NCBI GenBank assembly: GCA_043228905.1
Contig: JBHGNT010000002.1
Location: 1,922,001 to 1,986,000 of the forward strand
Reading direction: 5' to 3'
Origin: Azolla caroliniana
Taxonomy: Eukaryota; Plantae; Polypodiophyta
DNA: 64,000 nucleotides
The position numbers were made by a program, and so were the translations under genes. A model generated the notes under the pieces. It did no database searches. It saw nothing but the letters and a program-made list of their open reading frames with translations, and was not told the origin of the DNA. Shown here in pieces: positions 25,677-40,060 of this stretch. The stretch's first letter is position 1. Each line of letters starts with the position of its first letter.

Positions 25677-27017
25677 TTAATGTGACACAAGGAGGACTAA
25701 GGGCAAGACAAAGAGGAGATATAAGGATGGACCAATTGTCAAGCAACTATTGTTGTCAATTGGAGTTGAGCTACTTATTGTACTCAATGTAGTGGAGCTT
25801 GGTGTCGAGCTAATTATGGGAAAAGTGTTGCTTGTCGAAGTTGCTGCATTCAATCACATCACCTTTTATCAGTCACAGAAGAGTAATGTTACTTTAGAAA
25901 AGACCTAATGTTACTTAAGAAGGGACCTGGTTAATGTATTGTCTATTAAGGAAACTAAGATACTATTACACATGTCTATTAAACAATTGAAGCATGTGCT
26001 CCAATATTTGGCCTTAATGGAAATTCTTTGCGAAATTCATACTCAAACAATCCCAAGTAGACTTAAAGGTGATTAAAATTTTCCTACTCTAAGCTTAGAA
26101 CTTATATCCTTAGCTTTACAATTGCTTGTTGGTGTCTAATTCTATTATCTTCACGCATTAGACAAATGTGTCACATGCCTCTAAACAAAATTAATATATG
26201 TGCATGCCCATCATTTGAACATACATCATAATTTATGGTTTCCTCTCATTAGAATAATTGGAAGTTGAGATACCTAACACGAAAGTTACAAGATTGATTG
26301 TTGATCTTACTTTTGACAATTAAGATTTCATGCCAAGAAACTAGTTGCTTAGATTAGCACAAGCTTACGAATTATCATATGAAAACGAAGTAAATCTTTT
26401 ATGAATGCAAATGTACATCATGCATATATAATGCATTTAGCTATTGATTAGAAAGGCCTTATATAATGAAAATACCATTCTTAGAAGCCTCAAATTCTTT
26501 GGCTTTGGAAGAGGATGTAGGTATGCCAAGTAAACCTGCCAAAAATACACATAAGAAAAGCAAGAACACTTATTCAAAAAACGTTAATATTTGAAAATAT
26601 ATACAAGGGACTATTATCACAAACATTAGCAAGCATATCAATGCTCCTTAAAAGTAATAATTGCAAAAAATAAACAGAATATTGTGAATCATTTTATATA
26701 CCTGGGCATTGTGATGGATCAGCTGGGACACCACAAGCGGAGGGCAAAGTAAGGGCAAGGGATGGGTTGAAGGGGGGGAGGCCAGTGATACCACCATCAA
26801 AGCTCACAGCAATGAGCTCACAAAGGCATTTCTTTTGGGTTTGGAAGACTTTATTCACATTAGTACAACAACTAGTTGACGGGAGTAGATCCTTGCCTTG
26901 GGCATAAGCCAAGCAATCTAATAATGAATCAATGGGCTTTACACATGTTTCTTGTTCTGCACGAATTACTTCAACCATCACTATGATCATGAGCACCACC
27001 CTTACAAGCCATTCCAT
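25677..27017 (-). CDS. GPI-anchored non-specific lipid transfer protein (LTPG-like), exons 26702-27017, 26476-26535, 25677-25843; 180 aa
   Basis: Signal peptide; 8-Cys motif C-C-CC-CLC-C-C; Ser/Thr-rich linker; hydrophobic C-terminus (LYLLFVLPLVLLVSH*). Splice phases are consistent. Confidence 0.88.
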
Positions 27018-27099
27018 CTCTCTTTGTATCTCCCTCACAGATGTAGATAACTAATCCTTTCACTATGTACAGGCATACACACACAAACACAAACACATA

Positions 27100-27154
<55 letters not shown>

Positions 27155-29054
27155 GTTACTTCTCATGCTCATTCAATTCAGAGTTTCAACTTTTTCATTA
27201 TCTTTGAATTAGAATTACACACTCCTTTTCAAAATTTACCAACGCATCTAAACCATAAAGTTTGAATGCATTAAGAGGGCTAGCTTTTAAGGCATACTTG
27301 TATCCCACTATCCATACATAAAACGTTTGCCTCTTGAATCCATATTTTCTTTTCCTTACACCTTACTATACTCTTATTCCTCGCTTATACTTTGCTATCA
27401 CTCTCTTCTAACACCAAAACTAAGCCTATGCCATCCAAGTTATACTGAAATAAATCAACCTTGAATGTCATGGTTTGTTAAATGGCTTGAGTACATACTT
27501 CAAACGAAATCATTAAATGTTGATTGTCTAACCACATGGTTAAAACTCCAACATTTTACTTAAAATTGTTGAGTTACAATTGTTTCTTAACTGAGGCTTG
27601 CCGAGATACATGTACGATTATATTTATTTGCTCTAAATAAAATGGTCTTTCTCCAACATATAATGGGGGCAATTCTCACATCGTATCTTTGTACATTGAA
27701 TATAATATAGATCTACCTAGGATCTATAATGTAACATTGTCAATATTATATTTACAATTGAGTAACATTATGAAAAGGTTCCATGATAGTGATTGATAAT
27801 ATTTCTCAACACACATAGATTCGAGTTTGCAGCTTCAAGATTGATTGATGTTATTTCATAGTTACATAATTTTGTTAACTATTATTGTTTTCCATTGAGA
27901 CAAAATGTGGACATTTCCATTGACCATCCTAAATTATTTATAAACGACCATAGAGGACCTCTTGGATGTGAAGGTTCCGAAGAAGTACAACCACATGAAT
28001 TGTGACAATCAGACATCACATTACAGCCATAAATGCTAGACTTCTGTCTAGTTTGGAAATGTCTTGTCTCTATGTTTAACTTCATTTTATAATTGAAAAA
28101 CAAATGAAATGAAATAAATGCTCCCTTTGCAAAATCATTACCTTTTACATTATGTCACATTTTCCCGTCATGGACATAGGACATAGCTAGTTCCAATCTA
28201 AGCTCAAGTTGTGTGATCTACTTAGGTGTCATTATGTTTTATCCTTAGGTGTTGTTATCTCTTGTTTGGTCTTATAGGCCATTTTGGCCTCTTAAAAGAC
28301 GTTAATATATCTTTCTTACTTACTTTTAATTGTAAAACTACTGTGACAGTTTTTAGAACATAGAAAAACTTCAAAGGAATTTGGACCAGAATTCTTTTAT
28401 TTTGGTTTAGGAAAAAGACTTTTCAAGTAGGCCTCTTATATAGCACGTATAAGAAAAAGGTGATTAAATGTGAAAGCTGCATTACACGTACACATTCTCC
28501 ACGTAAATGCTAGTGAATGTTTCTATATATTGTAGGTTGAATGTGTCTTTAAATAGAAACATCTACCCTCAACTACCCTATAAGTTCAAAGTAGAGTATA
28601 TCATATTTAATAACATTTAATATATGTATGTACTAAAGCTTACATACATAGATTCAAAGTTTTTACAAGAGTCTGTCAAATATTTCATAGGTGTTGTTGC
28701 AAAGGACCTCAAACATGTTTTCTCAGCATTCTGAACAGTTTAAAAAACAAACGGGTAGGTATCAAATTAAAGAAGTTACAATGTCTGGATCTTAATCAAT
28801 CGGGTGTCCGTTCACAGTTAAGCATTGTTCATTTTCTGGAATGGAAAAGCAATTGATTTAGATCCTAGTGTCACACAAATTGACCATGTCATAAACATGG
28901 ACAATGGAACATGGAAAGGACAAACTACAATGTGCATTGGCCACATATGTATATATGTACATGGTGGTTCGATGTATATATGTATATTACACAAATATAC
29001 ACCAAACCACCATACAATAAAAACGACATATATTCCCATATTCTTTCTCGCTCA

Positions 29055-32000
29055 TCATAAACTGTAATAATCACCTCCATGCACACCTTTTCCCAGTCTG
29101 AAACTCATCTTTTTGTGAAGGTGTGTGTCATATCTATGTTCTTCGCCATCTTCTATGGCAGCAGCCAAATCCACCGCATCAACCAAAACATCATCATTTG
29201 AACATGGTTCACATTCTGCATTGAGAGATTGTACCCTGTTTTGGGGATATTTTTCATCGCTAGTCAACTGAATTTCCTTTCATGCATAAAGTAGTAAATA
29301 CAATATAATGAGGAAATTCTCTTTAATATTATTCTTAACTGGAAAATTTAAGAATTTGATGACGTTGAAGTGTATTAGGGAAACGTTTTATCAAACATTC
29401 ATTGCACCTGATGTTGGCCGAACTCTTCTGACATTGCTATCAAAGAAATAGGTGCACTTTCTTCATTCGATGATATCACTAATCCACTCGGAGAACAGAT
29501 ATTGTCTCCAGAATTTGTCCCGTTTTGCATCATAATACTATCGTTGACAACCTTACGCCTCATTTCTGAGCCCATCTGCAAGTCAAGCTTCAATTCAGTA
29601 AAAGATAATATGCCCCTTCCAATTCCTTCAACATTAAAAAGACCACTAAAACCCTGAACATAACTAGATTCACAGTTTGATTCTGATGATTAAAACCACT
29701 AAAAACTCATCAATTACTATACAAAATCCCAAATTCTAAAGCCTATACCCTGAACATAACTAGAGTCACAGTTTGATTGTGATGATTTCTATAGCTCATC
29801 ACATAGACTACATTTACTGGATCGAATATAACAGGGTCATGGTTTGATTTATTTCTATAGCTCATCACCCAACTACAATATCCTCTCTGTGCAAGTATAT
29901 AGTTTAGATTTTAAATCATCGACAAGGAGAAATTTAATAGGGGAAATTTAGAGACACATGCACAATAACGAAAAGAAAAGAAATGCTTGGCATATATAAC
30001 GAATAATTCATTGATTGACGAAAGGAAAAGCTTGGCATTTTCTCCTCAGACAGGAAATATTCTAATTGGAGTTCTGAAACAAGATGTCTAACCTGAGAAA
30101 CAATGGCATAAATTGGTAGCATCACATAACCCAATGTTACTTGTGCAAGAATCCTGCAAAAGAGGAAATCTTGAATATTTTCAATATCTGGAGTGACTAA
30201 AACAACAATAAGCTTAAATGGACTTACCCAAGAAAAAGGCGTAGTAAAAGTACATAGGGGTGCCGAGAGAGACAATTATCACCAGTAAAAGTAAACTGTG
30301 AATACACATATATATTACCAAAAGGAAACGAAATGAAGAGTGTGCTGTAAATAAATGAAAACATCATATATGAAGTTCTAAGGAACAAATAGATTTTCGT
30401 TTGTAGCAATGAAGAAGACAAGTCTCCTCACCGTGCTCCACAGATGAAGTGAAACTTGGTATGCATCCTGCAATTACAAGAACCACATCATTAGTTTTTA
30501 TTCATTGTTTGAAAGAGCCACATTCAATTAAAACTCAACCATAATCCAATGGCAACCTGAAACAGTATAAAATGGACGAGGTAGAGGATAATGTGTGGCC
30601 GTCCAAACCAGAAAAGTTCATCAGTTGGTTTGACATTGGCTATACCTTCTACCACAGCATGTTTCTCATAATATTGGACTGCCATCTTAGTAATGATGTA
30701 TCGTAATTTCATACCAACTACAAGAACCATCTGCTTCACCAAAATAGCGCTATGCTATATATGAAAGCAAACACACCAAAAATAACGATGGGCAATCAAT
30801 TAACTTACAGCCAGAGGCAGTATGGGAGCAATTAAGTTGACCTTCCATCCTGTAACAGTGAATATAGTGTTAATGCTGAACAATAAAGTTGGCCATCCAT
30901 TCTATATAATAACAAATGCCATGCTTACCATCGACATTTAAGAGTATCAAGAGAATTGTACATCCCCAAAGGTAAGGACTGCAATATGAATACAAAATCG
31001 TAATATGCACAAAAAATGTAAACCACACCTTAGGTTTGTACTTAAAATGTTAATGCAGCAGGTAGATTAAGATTGCTCTGGTAGGTAGATTAAGATTGCT
31101 CTGGTAACAATAGATCAAGTGGGGTTCACAGTAGCCTTGTTTCAAAAGTAAGTGTGTGCACCCCAATGTCACCAAAAAAAACATTTCATTATTTTGGAGT
31201 TCCATTTTGTTTAAGTTTCTTAAATAGTGTGAACACATAATGCACTGAATTCATTTCCATAATAGTTGCAGCAGTGAACAACTAAAGATAATTATTTTGT
31301 AAATTTAATTCAGTAACCAATTTCAGAAATTAGTATATGAGATGTCAGATATTGATGTTTAATTTTTTCAGAAAACAATTTCTGCGATTTCAGAGATCAA
31401 AGAAGGAAGAGATGATGAATTGATCTTGATCTTGTAGCCAATTTCAGAAATCCATTGTGACGTGCCAATCAATCATGTATGGATGTGATTGATTCATGTG
31501 AAATTGATCAAATTGGATTGTGGGGAGGTCTGCCCAAGTGACAGTAACTTGTGTGATGCAAAAGCATGGAAGAATACGAATGCTGGAGTATAAATATAAC
31601 ATTAGTCTTATTAAAAGAAAAAATGAGTTATATTTCACATTTTTATTAAGATTTAAAATGCTCACCAAGCAATTGATCATGTTATTGTGACTTTCCATAC
31701 TTTAACCAATTGAAGGTGTTTCTCAACATATCAAGATTAGAAATGGTGGATTCACGTGGGCATGAGGCATTAAGATGGGTAAGGTGAGCTGTCTAGGGGT
31801 AAACTCAAGGGAGAGTAACTTGCATGATGCAAAGACATGGAAGAATGGTAAAGCTGGATCAAAAAGTAACGTTGGTTTTATCAAAGAAAACATTTTTTTA
31901 CAAACACAGGTTTTGTTTAAAACATTTTGAATTTCATTGGAACTAGTTTCAGTTTACTGGAAACGTGGTGTTTTTTTAGTTACTCCTTCAAACTCCACTA

Positions 32001-35000
32001 GTTCTTATCTATGTTATTCATATTAGAACTTTTTTATTTAAAATCCTCTCCAATGGCATAATTCAAACTATACAAGTTCTTTCCTGTATTATTCATATTA
32101 GAACTTACTTGAACTATGTACACTTGTTTTATATTTATTTAAAACCCTTTCCAATGGCATTGGGTTATCATGCTGCATTAAGTTGATTTATTCATCGAGA
32201 CTGTATGTCCTACATAATTGAGCTTCAGAGTGCGTGTGCACAAAGACTGGAGAACACATAATAAATTTTCCACATTCACATAAATTTAAGGCACTAAGTT
32301 TTAGCTAGGAAATGGCATTGTACTAACCTTACACCCACCACATCCTTGAAGTCTTCCTCTAGTGACCGTAAAATATACGTGTGGAAATTATAATTGCTTC
32401 CTAGATTATGTTTCTGCAGTCACAAGTTCGACTTAGAACATAATACCTCAAAAAGAAGTGGATTAAGAATGGATATTCAATTTATTCACTACTCATAAGA
32501 GCTGAATACAAGTTGTATTATTTCACACAGTTGGCTTTCTTTCCTAAATCATGTTTCTGCAGTCACAAATTCGACTTTCACCATAATATCTCAAAAAAGC
32601 GGATTAAAAATGTATATTTAATTTGTTTGTTAGTCACAACTGCTGATTATATGTTCTACTATTTCATACAGTTGGCTTTCTTGCCACAATGCTTTATCCT
32701 ATGGCGCGGTTCTCATAAACAAAGCCTGAAGAATCCTCATTGTCCATTTTTTAATGTAGAGCTATGAGAGTGGGACTCGGGAGTATGATGGAGAATATAA
32801 TCTATTACTAGCTCAATTAGTATCCTGGATACAAGAACTTTTCTAGAGCAAGTTTTACGAGCAGAAAGTTCACGAAAATGAAAAAAGGAAGCACAGAACC
32901 GTGTAGTTTTGTTTTATTTCTTCATTTATAATTATTTCAGTTCGTCCTCCATGATGAGACAACATTTCAAATGAAATCTCTCATAAGTCATTTTGGCCCC
33001 ATAAGTTAATATACAAATACAGAATTGAGTGGGCAGCCAATGGTTTATTGATAACCACTTAAACCAGTCAAATAATGTTTTTAAATTTGATAACAAAATA
33101 AGGTGCAAATGAGATGCCTACCACAATGAATCCATGCCGAAGTGTAAGATAGTCTGTTTCACTGACTGACATAAAAAATTGTTGAAAGAAGGCAGCCTAT
33201 AGATCATCCATGTGTCAAAAATAAGGAGCTAAAAATCAACAAAATAATATAAAATAATGTTTACTGAATAGTGGCATCCAAACCTACAAGATAAGCCAAA
33301 AAATTATTTTTGCTCCATCGGTTTGCTGCATGCCTTCTGATAAACGTGACATCTCTTGTTAAGCGTACCTCCCCTTTCACAAAAAGAAAAATAATATATT
33401 TAAGTCACTTAGCATATTTGTGCAGCTTGAAAAGAGACCCAAATTTTATATAAGAGTTACTCTGGTTTGAGAAATGACTCAAGTTATCAAAAGTGTAAGA
33501 CCATATCATCATCCTAAGTTTTATAAGGTGATGTCTTGTAACCAGAACCTGACATTGAAGTTGTTTTCCTTGAGAAAATATGCACCAAAGACAATGCATG
33601 CATCTCTCTCCTCAACCGCAGCAAAAAAATGTTGGCATCAACACAAACAATGCCCAATTCATGATGGCAAGGCTCACAGATCTCAATCACATGTCAAATG
33701 GGTCTCTCACTCACATTATTACCGAAATGGTCATAACTTTCACAAATTTAAATTGCACAATATGTTAGCATACAATAGGATGCAAACCCTAATAAAATCA
33801 AATATGCAGTTACTTTTCATAGTTTTGCACTCACATACTAAGTTTCCAGTATCCTTCTCGTTGGTTTTCATGTGTTATAAAATTTCACAGTTAAATAATA
33901 AAAAGCAATTTCTTGCTGTGGGTATGAATGCATCTTAGGCATAGGCTAGGCAAGTTCATGCATTTTTATCCTTTTTATGATGGCATCTGCCCAAAACATA
34001 ATCTGATGTCTATGCCATCAATCATCAAATTTAATATTGCAAGTTGTGTTCAAATCTAGGAATTGGCAATGGTTCAGTTTGAGCTGAACTAACTGAACTA
34101 TGAAAATTCAGTTTGTTTTGGCTCAGTTCAGATTCAAATATTTGTAAATGGTTCAGTTTGGTTTCAATTTGGCTTGGAGGTGGAAGGGTTCGGGTTGGTT
34201 GGGTTCAAGCCTCCATTGGCTTAACGGTTTGCAGTTTATCCACCTTCACACTCCGGTTTAAACAGCTTAATGGTTATGGGGACATATTTGATATATTTAC
34301 TAAATAAATGAAGTAGCATTATAAATTATGTAATATGTATTATGAAATTTTAACTTTGAACCCTAATAATTCTTTGAAATTTCAGTTTTGTTTTGATTTT
34401 TCAAAAACTAACCCTTTGAACAATTCAATTCCAGCCAAAACAAAACCACAGAACTGCAGTTTAATAGCTTAACAATTTGTAGGTCTCTTGAACCATTTGG
34501 TTTGAGTTTAAAAACCCTTCGAACAGTTTCGGTTTGCAATTCAATTCAGATCAGTTTAAGTTTCGAAATTTTGAAACTATATGAGTTTGATATTCCCAAA
34601 AGAATTGAACCCTTGCAATTACTATTCAAACCCTAGAATCCTGACCTCCAAATTCAATGCACATTAAAATAAAACAACTCATGATTTTTCAATTTTCATC
34701 ATTCATTGCAAAAGGAAAAAAGAGAAAGGGTATGCCATGTGCACCTAAAGACTCTGCCATGCAAGACCTTTCTTCCCAAGCCTTCCATTGAGAAACCTGC
34801 ACAATTACATCACATAAGTCCATGTAAAAAAGTAGTGTAAAGATAAAAGAGCAAGAAATGATATTCATGCTTACTTTCCACATTCCAAGAGCCATTATCA
34901 TGACACTATATATCACATGGACAATCACCAAAACAAACAAGAGAATATGGAGTTGATGCATGCCCTCAAGTTGCATAAAAGGTATGTTGCCCTGTATACA

Positions 35001-36684
35001 AAAATGCAACAACAAATACATACGTTCACTCATATATCGATCACATACATATTCAAGTTTTAATGCGGAATAAGAAAGATATCAGAATATATATTACCTC
35101 GCTACAATATGATTGTGTTTCCTCTTCCCCCAAAACCCGACTGAAAGCTTCCCGTTTAATTTCTTCCGCTTCATCTTTCTTGCATTGCAACATATGTGTG
35201 GACCACTTAGATGGAATACACAACTTAACAATGCCATCCTGTCCAACTGTCAGTGCGAGTGAAATGAAGCCCACAAGCATAAGCTCTGCAATTATATATC
35301 CACATCAAATCATATTTACCATGCTTCCTTTTTGTAGTTACTTGAACTCATAAACGTATTCAAACTTCAGTTATTACACAAGACTGAGGTCGATGTTCTC
35401 TCAATGAAAAAACTCATCTCTTTTGAACATGTGAGGCATCTGATAGTGCTTAATTTAAAGCGATATGTATCCCTATAGTGATAAAACCCATCTTCTCTAA
35501 CCTTCTTTGATTTTCTCCAAAGCCTGGAGAAGAGCCTTTTGATTCTTTTTCCTGAAGACCTGGAGGGCATGAATTGATAAAAAGAATGAGAAAAAGAAGG
35601 TAGCATGCTTTCAGGGAAACATGTTTTAAGAGATGGCAATGTACCTGGAAGGCATGAATTGATAAAAAGAATGAGAAAAAGAGGAGAGCACACTTTCAGA
35701 GAAACATGTTTTAAGAGATGGCAATGTACAAGAACGTATTAACACATCGTATACATTAGTAATCAATATCCAAATTCGTTGGTACAATTGTAATATCTGT
35801 GCAAATTAAACAGATAGCACGATCCCCACAAATGTCTCTAGTGTCTTTCTTCCAAAAACATATCAGCAGATTGAATCTAAGCCATTTCTTACATCTCTTA
35901 ACATCCAACCCATACATGACAGACAGTGTATTGCAGTTTTAGGATTTCGTTTTACAATGCATGTGTATCTCTAAAATATGAAATTTTCTTCCAAGTAAAA
36001 AACTTCATAAATTTGTCAGATATTTCCACTTTACATTTTGAAATTGAATAGTGATACCTCTAAACCATGATATGTTAAGACAAAAATATTAAAATTAAAG
36101 CATGTGTTTATGAGGTGTTTAAGACTGAAAAACTTCAATTAATAAGTATGGAACATTTTAGGAGTACAAAAATCGAAATAGTAGATATTTCATCTTCAAA
36201 TTGCAGAATTTAGTGTATATATATGGTTCTAAATTGGATTACAGGGTTTTCTCGTAGCAAAAACTCTCAAACCTCTGAGAAGTGAATGTTCTAAAAGCAT
36301 GGGATGCTTTAGAGTGAGAAAACCTTCAAATACTGCACACGATATGCTCAGTCACCAATATTTTGAGCAATGCTAGAGGATGGTTTATTATCTTTTAGCA
36401 AAGGTTAGTCTTTTCAGCAATTTAATTTCAGAGTGACCAGTATAAAGAGACAAACAAACATGCATACATATACATTTGCATACACACCCATACTACATAC
36501 ACAAACAAATATGGTTTGATGTGATTGATTCTTGCAATGAAGATGACAAGAGGTGAAAAGATTTTACATGGCCGATGAGGAAGATGACGCGTTCCACGAA
36601 GAGACAGGAGACCACAAACACTGCGCATACTGTAGCAACAGTCCAAGTCGGCATGTAGAGCAACTCTGAAGTGGAAGCATCCAT
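29055..36684 (-). CDS. MLO: MLO family seven-transmembrane protein, ~15 exons
   Basis: PTWTVATVC, ALEKIKEELMLVGFISL, LCIP, LEGMHQLHILLFVL, WKAWE, RLTRDVTFIRRH, DYLTLRHGFI, YILRSLEEDFKDVVG, FWFGRP, LPIYAIVSQMGS in successive GT-AG exons. Confidence 0.93.
34057..34624. mobile_element. hAT-type MITE in an MLO intron
   Basis: Imperfect TIRs TAGGAATTGGCAATGGTTCA / TGAACCCTTGCAATTACTA; 8-bp target-site duplication TTCAAATC / TTCAAACC; GGTTC/GAAC subterminal repeats. Confidence 0.75.
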
Positions 36685-36831
36685 GGCTTCTTCCCCAGTC
36701 ACTGCCACAGTTCAACAATTGGAAGAATAAATGCAAAAGAACTATGCAGAGCTGAAGAACAAGAGGGAGAAGACGTATTGCCAAAGCTCAAGAACAAAGT
36801 AGTCTGCAGAAGCGGAAGAAGGAGAAGAAAC

Positions 36832-36865
<34 letters not shown>

Positions 36866-37009
36866 GGTATAACCAGTAGAATGTGCCTTTAGAGGAAGAA
36901 GAAAACTATGAAAGCTTCCTTCTTTCTTCTTCTCCTTCTTGCGCGCCGTTTATCACATTTGAAGGAACGCCATGAAAGCTTCGACCATTTTGTATAAATC
37001 TTTCTATTT

Positions 37010-37390
37010 GTATTTTTTACTTTTTCTTTTTTCTTTTTTCCTTTTTCTTTTTTCTTTTTTCTTTTTTCTTTTTCTTTTTTCTTTTTCTTTTTCTTTTTTC
37101 TTTTTTCTTTTTTCTTTTTTTTTTTTTCTTTTTTCTTTTTTCTTTTTTCTTTTTTCTTTTTGCTTTTTGCTTTTTGCTTTTTGCTTTTCCTTTTTCTTTT
37201 TCCTTTTTCTTTTTCTTTTTCTTTTTTCTTTTCTTTTTCTTTTTCTTTTTCCTTTTTCTTTTTCGTTTGCTTTTTCCTTCTCCTTTTCCTTTTCCTTTTC
37301 TTTTTCTTTTTCTTTTTCTTTTTCTTTTTCTTTTTTTTTCTTTTTTTCTTTTTCTTTTTTTTCTTTTTCTTTTCTTTTTACTTTTACTTA
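37010..37390. repeat. Polypyrimidine (TTTTTC)n low-complexity tract of ~380 bp
   Basis: Direct inspection. Confidence 0.95.
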
Positions 37391-38349
37391 TCATGTATGT
37401 AATTCAAACATTAAAGCAAAATGAGAATAATTCACGAAAGAAGTGTGAGGATGAATAGTCCGGAGTTTATTTGTCAAGCATTATCGCCAATGATAGGTGT
37501 AATTATGACCGACGCGAAGAGACAAAACTGTGTTGATCAAGTTTGTAGTAAGACTTAGTGAACAACCATGGGACCATTTGATACGTAGACCAAGTTAATT
37601 GCAAGACCTCGAGCCCTATAAACAAATGTCAAATTTTAGGAATAAAGCAACAATTGGACTAGATTTGAGATGTATGGCCAATGCTCCGTTGAATTTTTGT
37701 GTAAAAAATGTATAGAGACTTTAGTGAAGAGGATGTTGTTGAGGTGGCACTAAATATGAAGGGTGTCATGGTTTTTACAAGTAAAATATCATCACAATAT
37801 TAGATTAAACTATGGTTGCATGAAATCTTGCAAGATGCTTGTTTTCAAGATTGTAAGTTTGCTTTTGACAAATCATCGAAGTTGATTCGCTAAAATGTTT
37901 TTGTTTTAGAAGGTTTATGAAGTTGGCTTCATTGTTTTTCTTAAGGTTTGCCTAAGTTTACTTTTGATGCATCGTCTCTAAGTTGACTCGTCAAAGTGTT
38001 TTTTTAGTAATGTTTGTTTAATTCTACTTTCAATGAATTTTCAAGGTCTTTAAGTTTAGATGAAAATTGTTTAGGTTTTCTAAGTTTACTTATGACGAAT
38101 CATCGAAGTTTGTGGAGACTTGCATGATAGTATTTCAAAAAAACTAGAATTATTCATGATAGAGTTTGCAAGACAATGTCAGAGTGTACTTCAAAATATA
38201 AAAGAAGACTCGAGGTATGCAATGTCATGTACATGCATACACGCATGTCAAATTAGAAGACATTTGGAAATACGTGTCCTCTATGCATGATAATCAATTG
38301 ATTAGCAAATTGTGTTGAACCAAACATATGTTATAGTTAGAAGTGTTAT

Positions 38350-40060
38350 TGAAGGATCTACTCCTACTTGCATCACTTCCATTTGTAAGATTTATGCTTG
38401 GCAACAACAAATAAGTGTTGGAAGCATAGGATCCTTGAGATATTTGCCTCAAGTCTAAAGTAGGTATTCAAACCTACCTTCAACTTATCTACCTTGAACC
38501 ATTCATCGTTGGTTCCTCATGAAGACGAGATAAGGTTAGTCACAAATCCATGAACTCTCATTCATAACCCACATAATCCATGGACGTTTGACAGGCATAG
38601 AGAAAAGAGCTTTTCCCTCACATTTGTAGCATTTTGCACCAATTGTTGATTGACTATTAATGAAACATACTACTCCATAACCCTAGAACATTGTAACTTG
38701 CTAGTAGTGAGAGCTTTCTACATGATGATGCACCCAATTGAGACTATGTGATGCTCAAATGCCACCAACAATGCCCCTCCAACTTGAACTTTATCCCCTA
38801 AAAGTTCATTGCTAATATGTGACTTCTCACCGCTCATGTATAATGTTAGGATGAGTCAACCCTCCTAGAGCAGAAAAAAATCAAAGGATTCAAATGGCAA
38901 GATAGAACTCTTCAATCTTGGGCAAAAAGCATGATCTAGAACAATATGATTCAAGACATCTTGTGCGATTTCATTTGCAACAGGATCACAGTGAATGGAA
39001 CCAATATTAGTTGAAATATGTGGGCACCTTTAATACAATCGTTTCCATTAACAACAAATGATGATAACTCAAGTGAACTTTATTTGGATGGTAAAAGGAG
39101 GTTCCCATGGGTGGAGTGTTATATAAGGACATCGATGTCGAGATAGAGCATATGTGTATCATTGTTATCTTGAGTGATATATGATTACAAAATTGAAATG
39201 TGTAAGAAATTGTACCCAATGAGCTCCTCATGAACTAATGACTCAAGATTTCTAGAAAAATGTCAAGTTCTTATGAACATTGTTGACATATATCTAGTTA
39301 TGGACCAAAGAACCTTACAGGATGTAGCAACAAATATTGCTTATAAAAATCCACGAAGGCCAAGAGCTCCTTTTCATGAATTTTGTACATAAATGATGCT
39401 CACCATTTTTAATTCTCGATAATGAAAAGTGACAAGATTCGCTACTCATTGTCTTTGTTTTGTGACAAGACACTTCAAATTGCAAAATCTGATGCATCAA
39501 GTTCCAATATAAAGGGTTTGGATTGGTTCGCATGGGTCTGAAATGGGGCATATGTATAAAATGCACGCTCTAAGATTTCAAATGACTTGGATATGCTTGA
39601 AGGCCATGAAAATTGTAAATCGTGTGAGGGCATAAACATCTTTGAGTAAATCCTAATGCATTTGTAGTAAAAAAAATCACAAAACCCATGAAACATTTGA
39701 AGATCATGCATGGATTGTGTTGTTTGCTAGTTTATAAATTTTCGCACATTTGTCGATTCCATAGAATTATTATGCATCCTAGAAATTCCACTTGATTGGG
39801 ACCAACTTTACAATGCTTCTCACGTATAGTGTGGAGACCATAATCTCATAATCGTTGTAAAACTTTGATGAACATGCACATCAAGTTACTCCCAAGTATT
39901 AGAAACTTTAGGATGTCATCGAGATAAACAATGGTATATCCAAGAAGTCCTAAAAAATATAATTGGTCATATGTTGAAAATTTGTTCTTCTATTTGTGAA
40001 ACCAAATGGCTTAACTATATACCTAGTGCAAAATGTGTTCTTCCACTCATCACCTAGTAT
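38350..40060 (-). mobile_element. Highly degenerate Ty3/gypsy pol remnant (RT-RH-IN)
   Basis: HANQSKPFILELDASDFAI RNase H motif (39475-39570), KTHF (KTAF-like) near 40015, integrase-like PW...FMDL(D)...VFMR pieces; many stops. Confidence 0.65.

Noticed and set aside
36972-37458. Phe/Ser-rich and Lys/Arg-rich ORFs
   Set aside because: Translation artefacts of the (TTTTTC)n tract.
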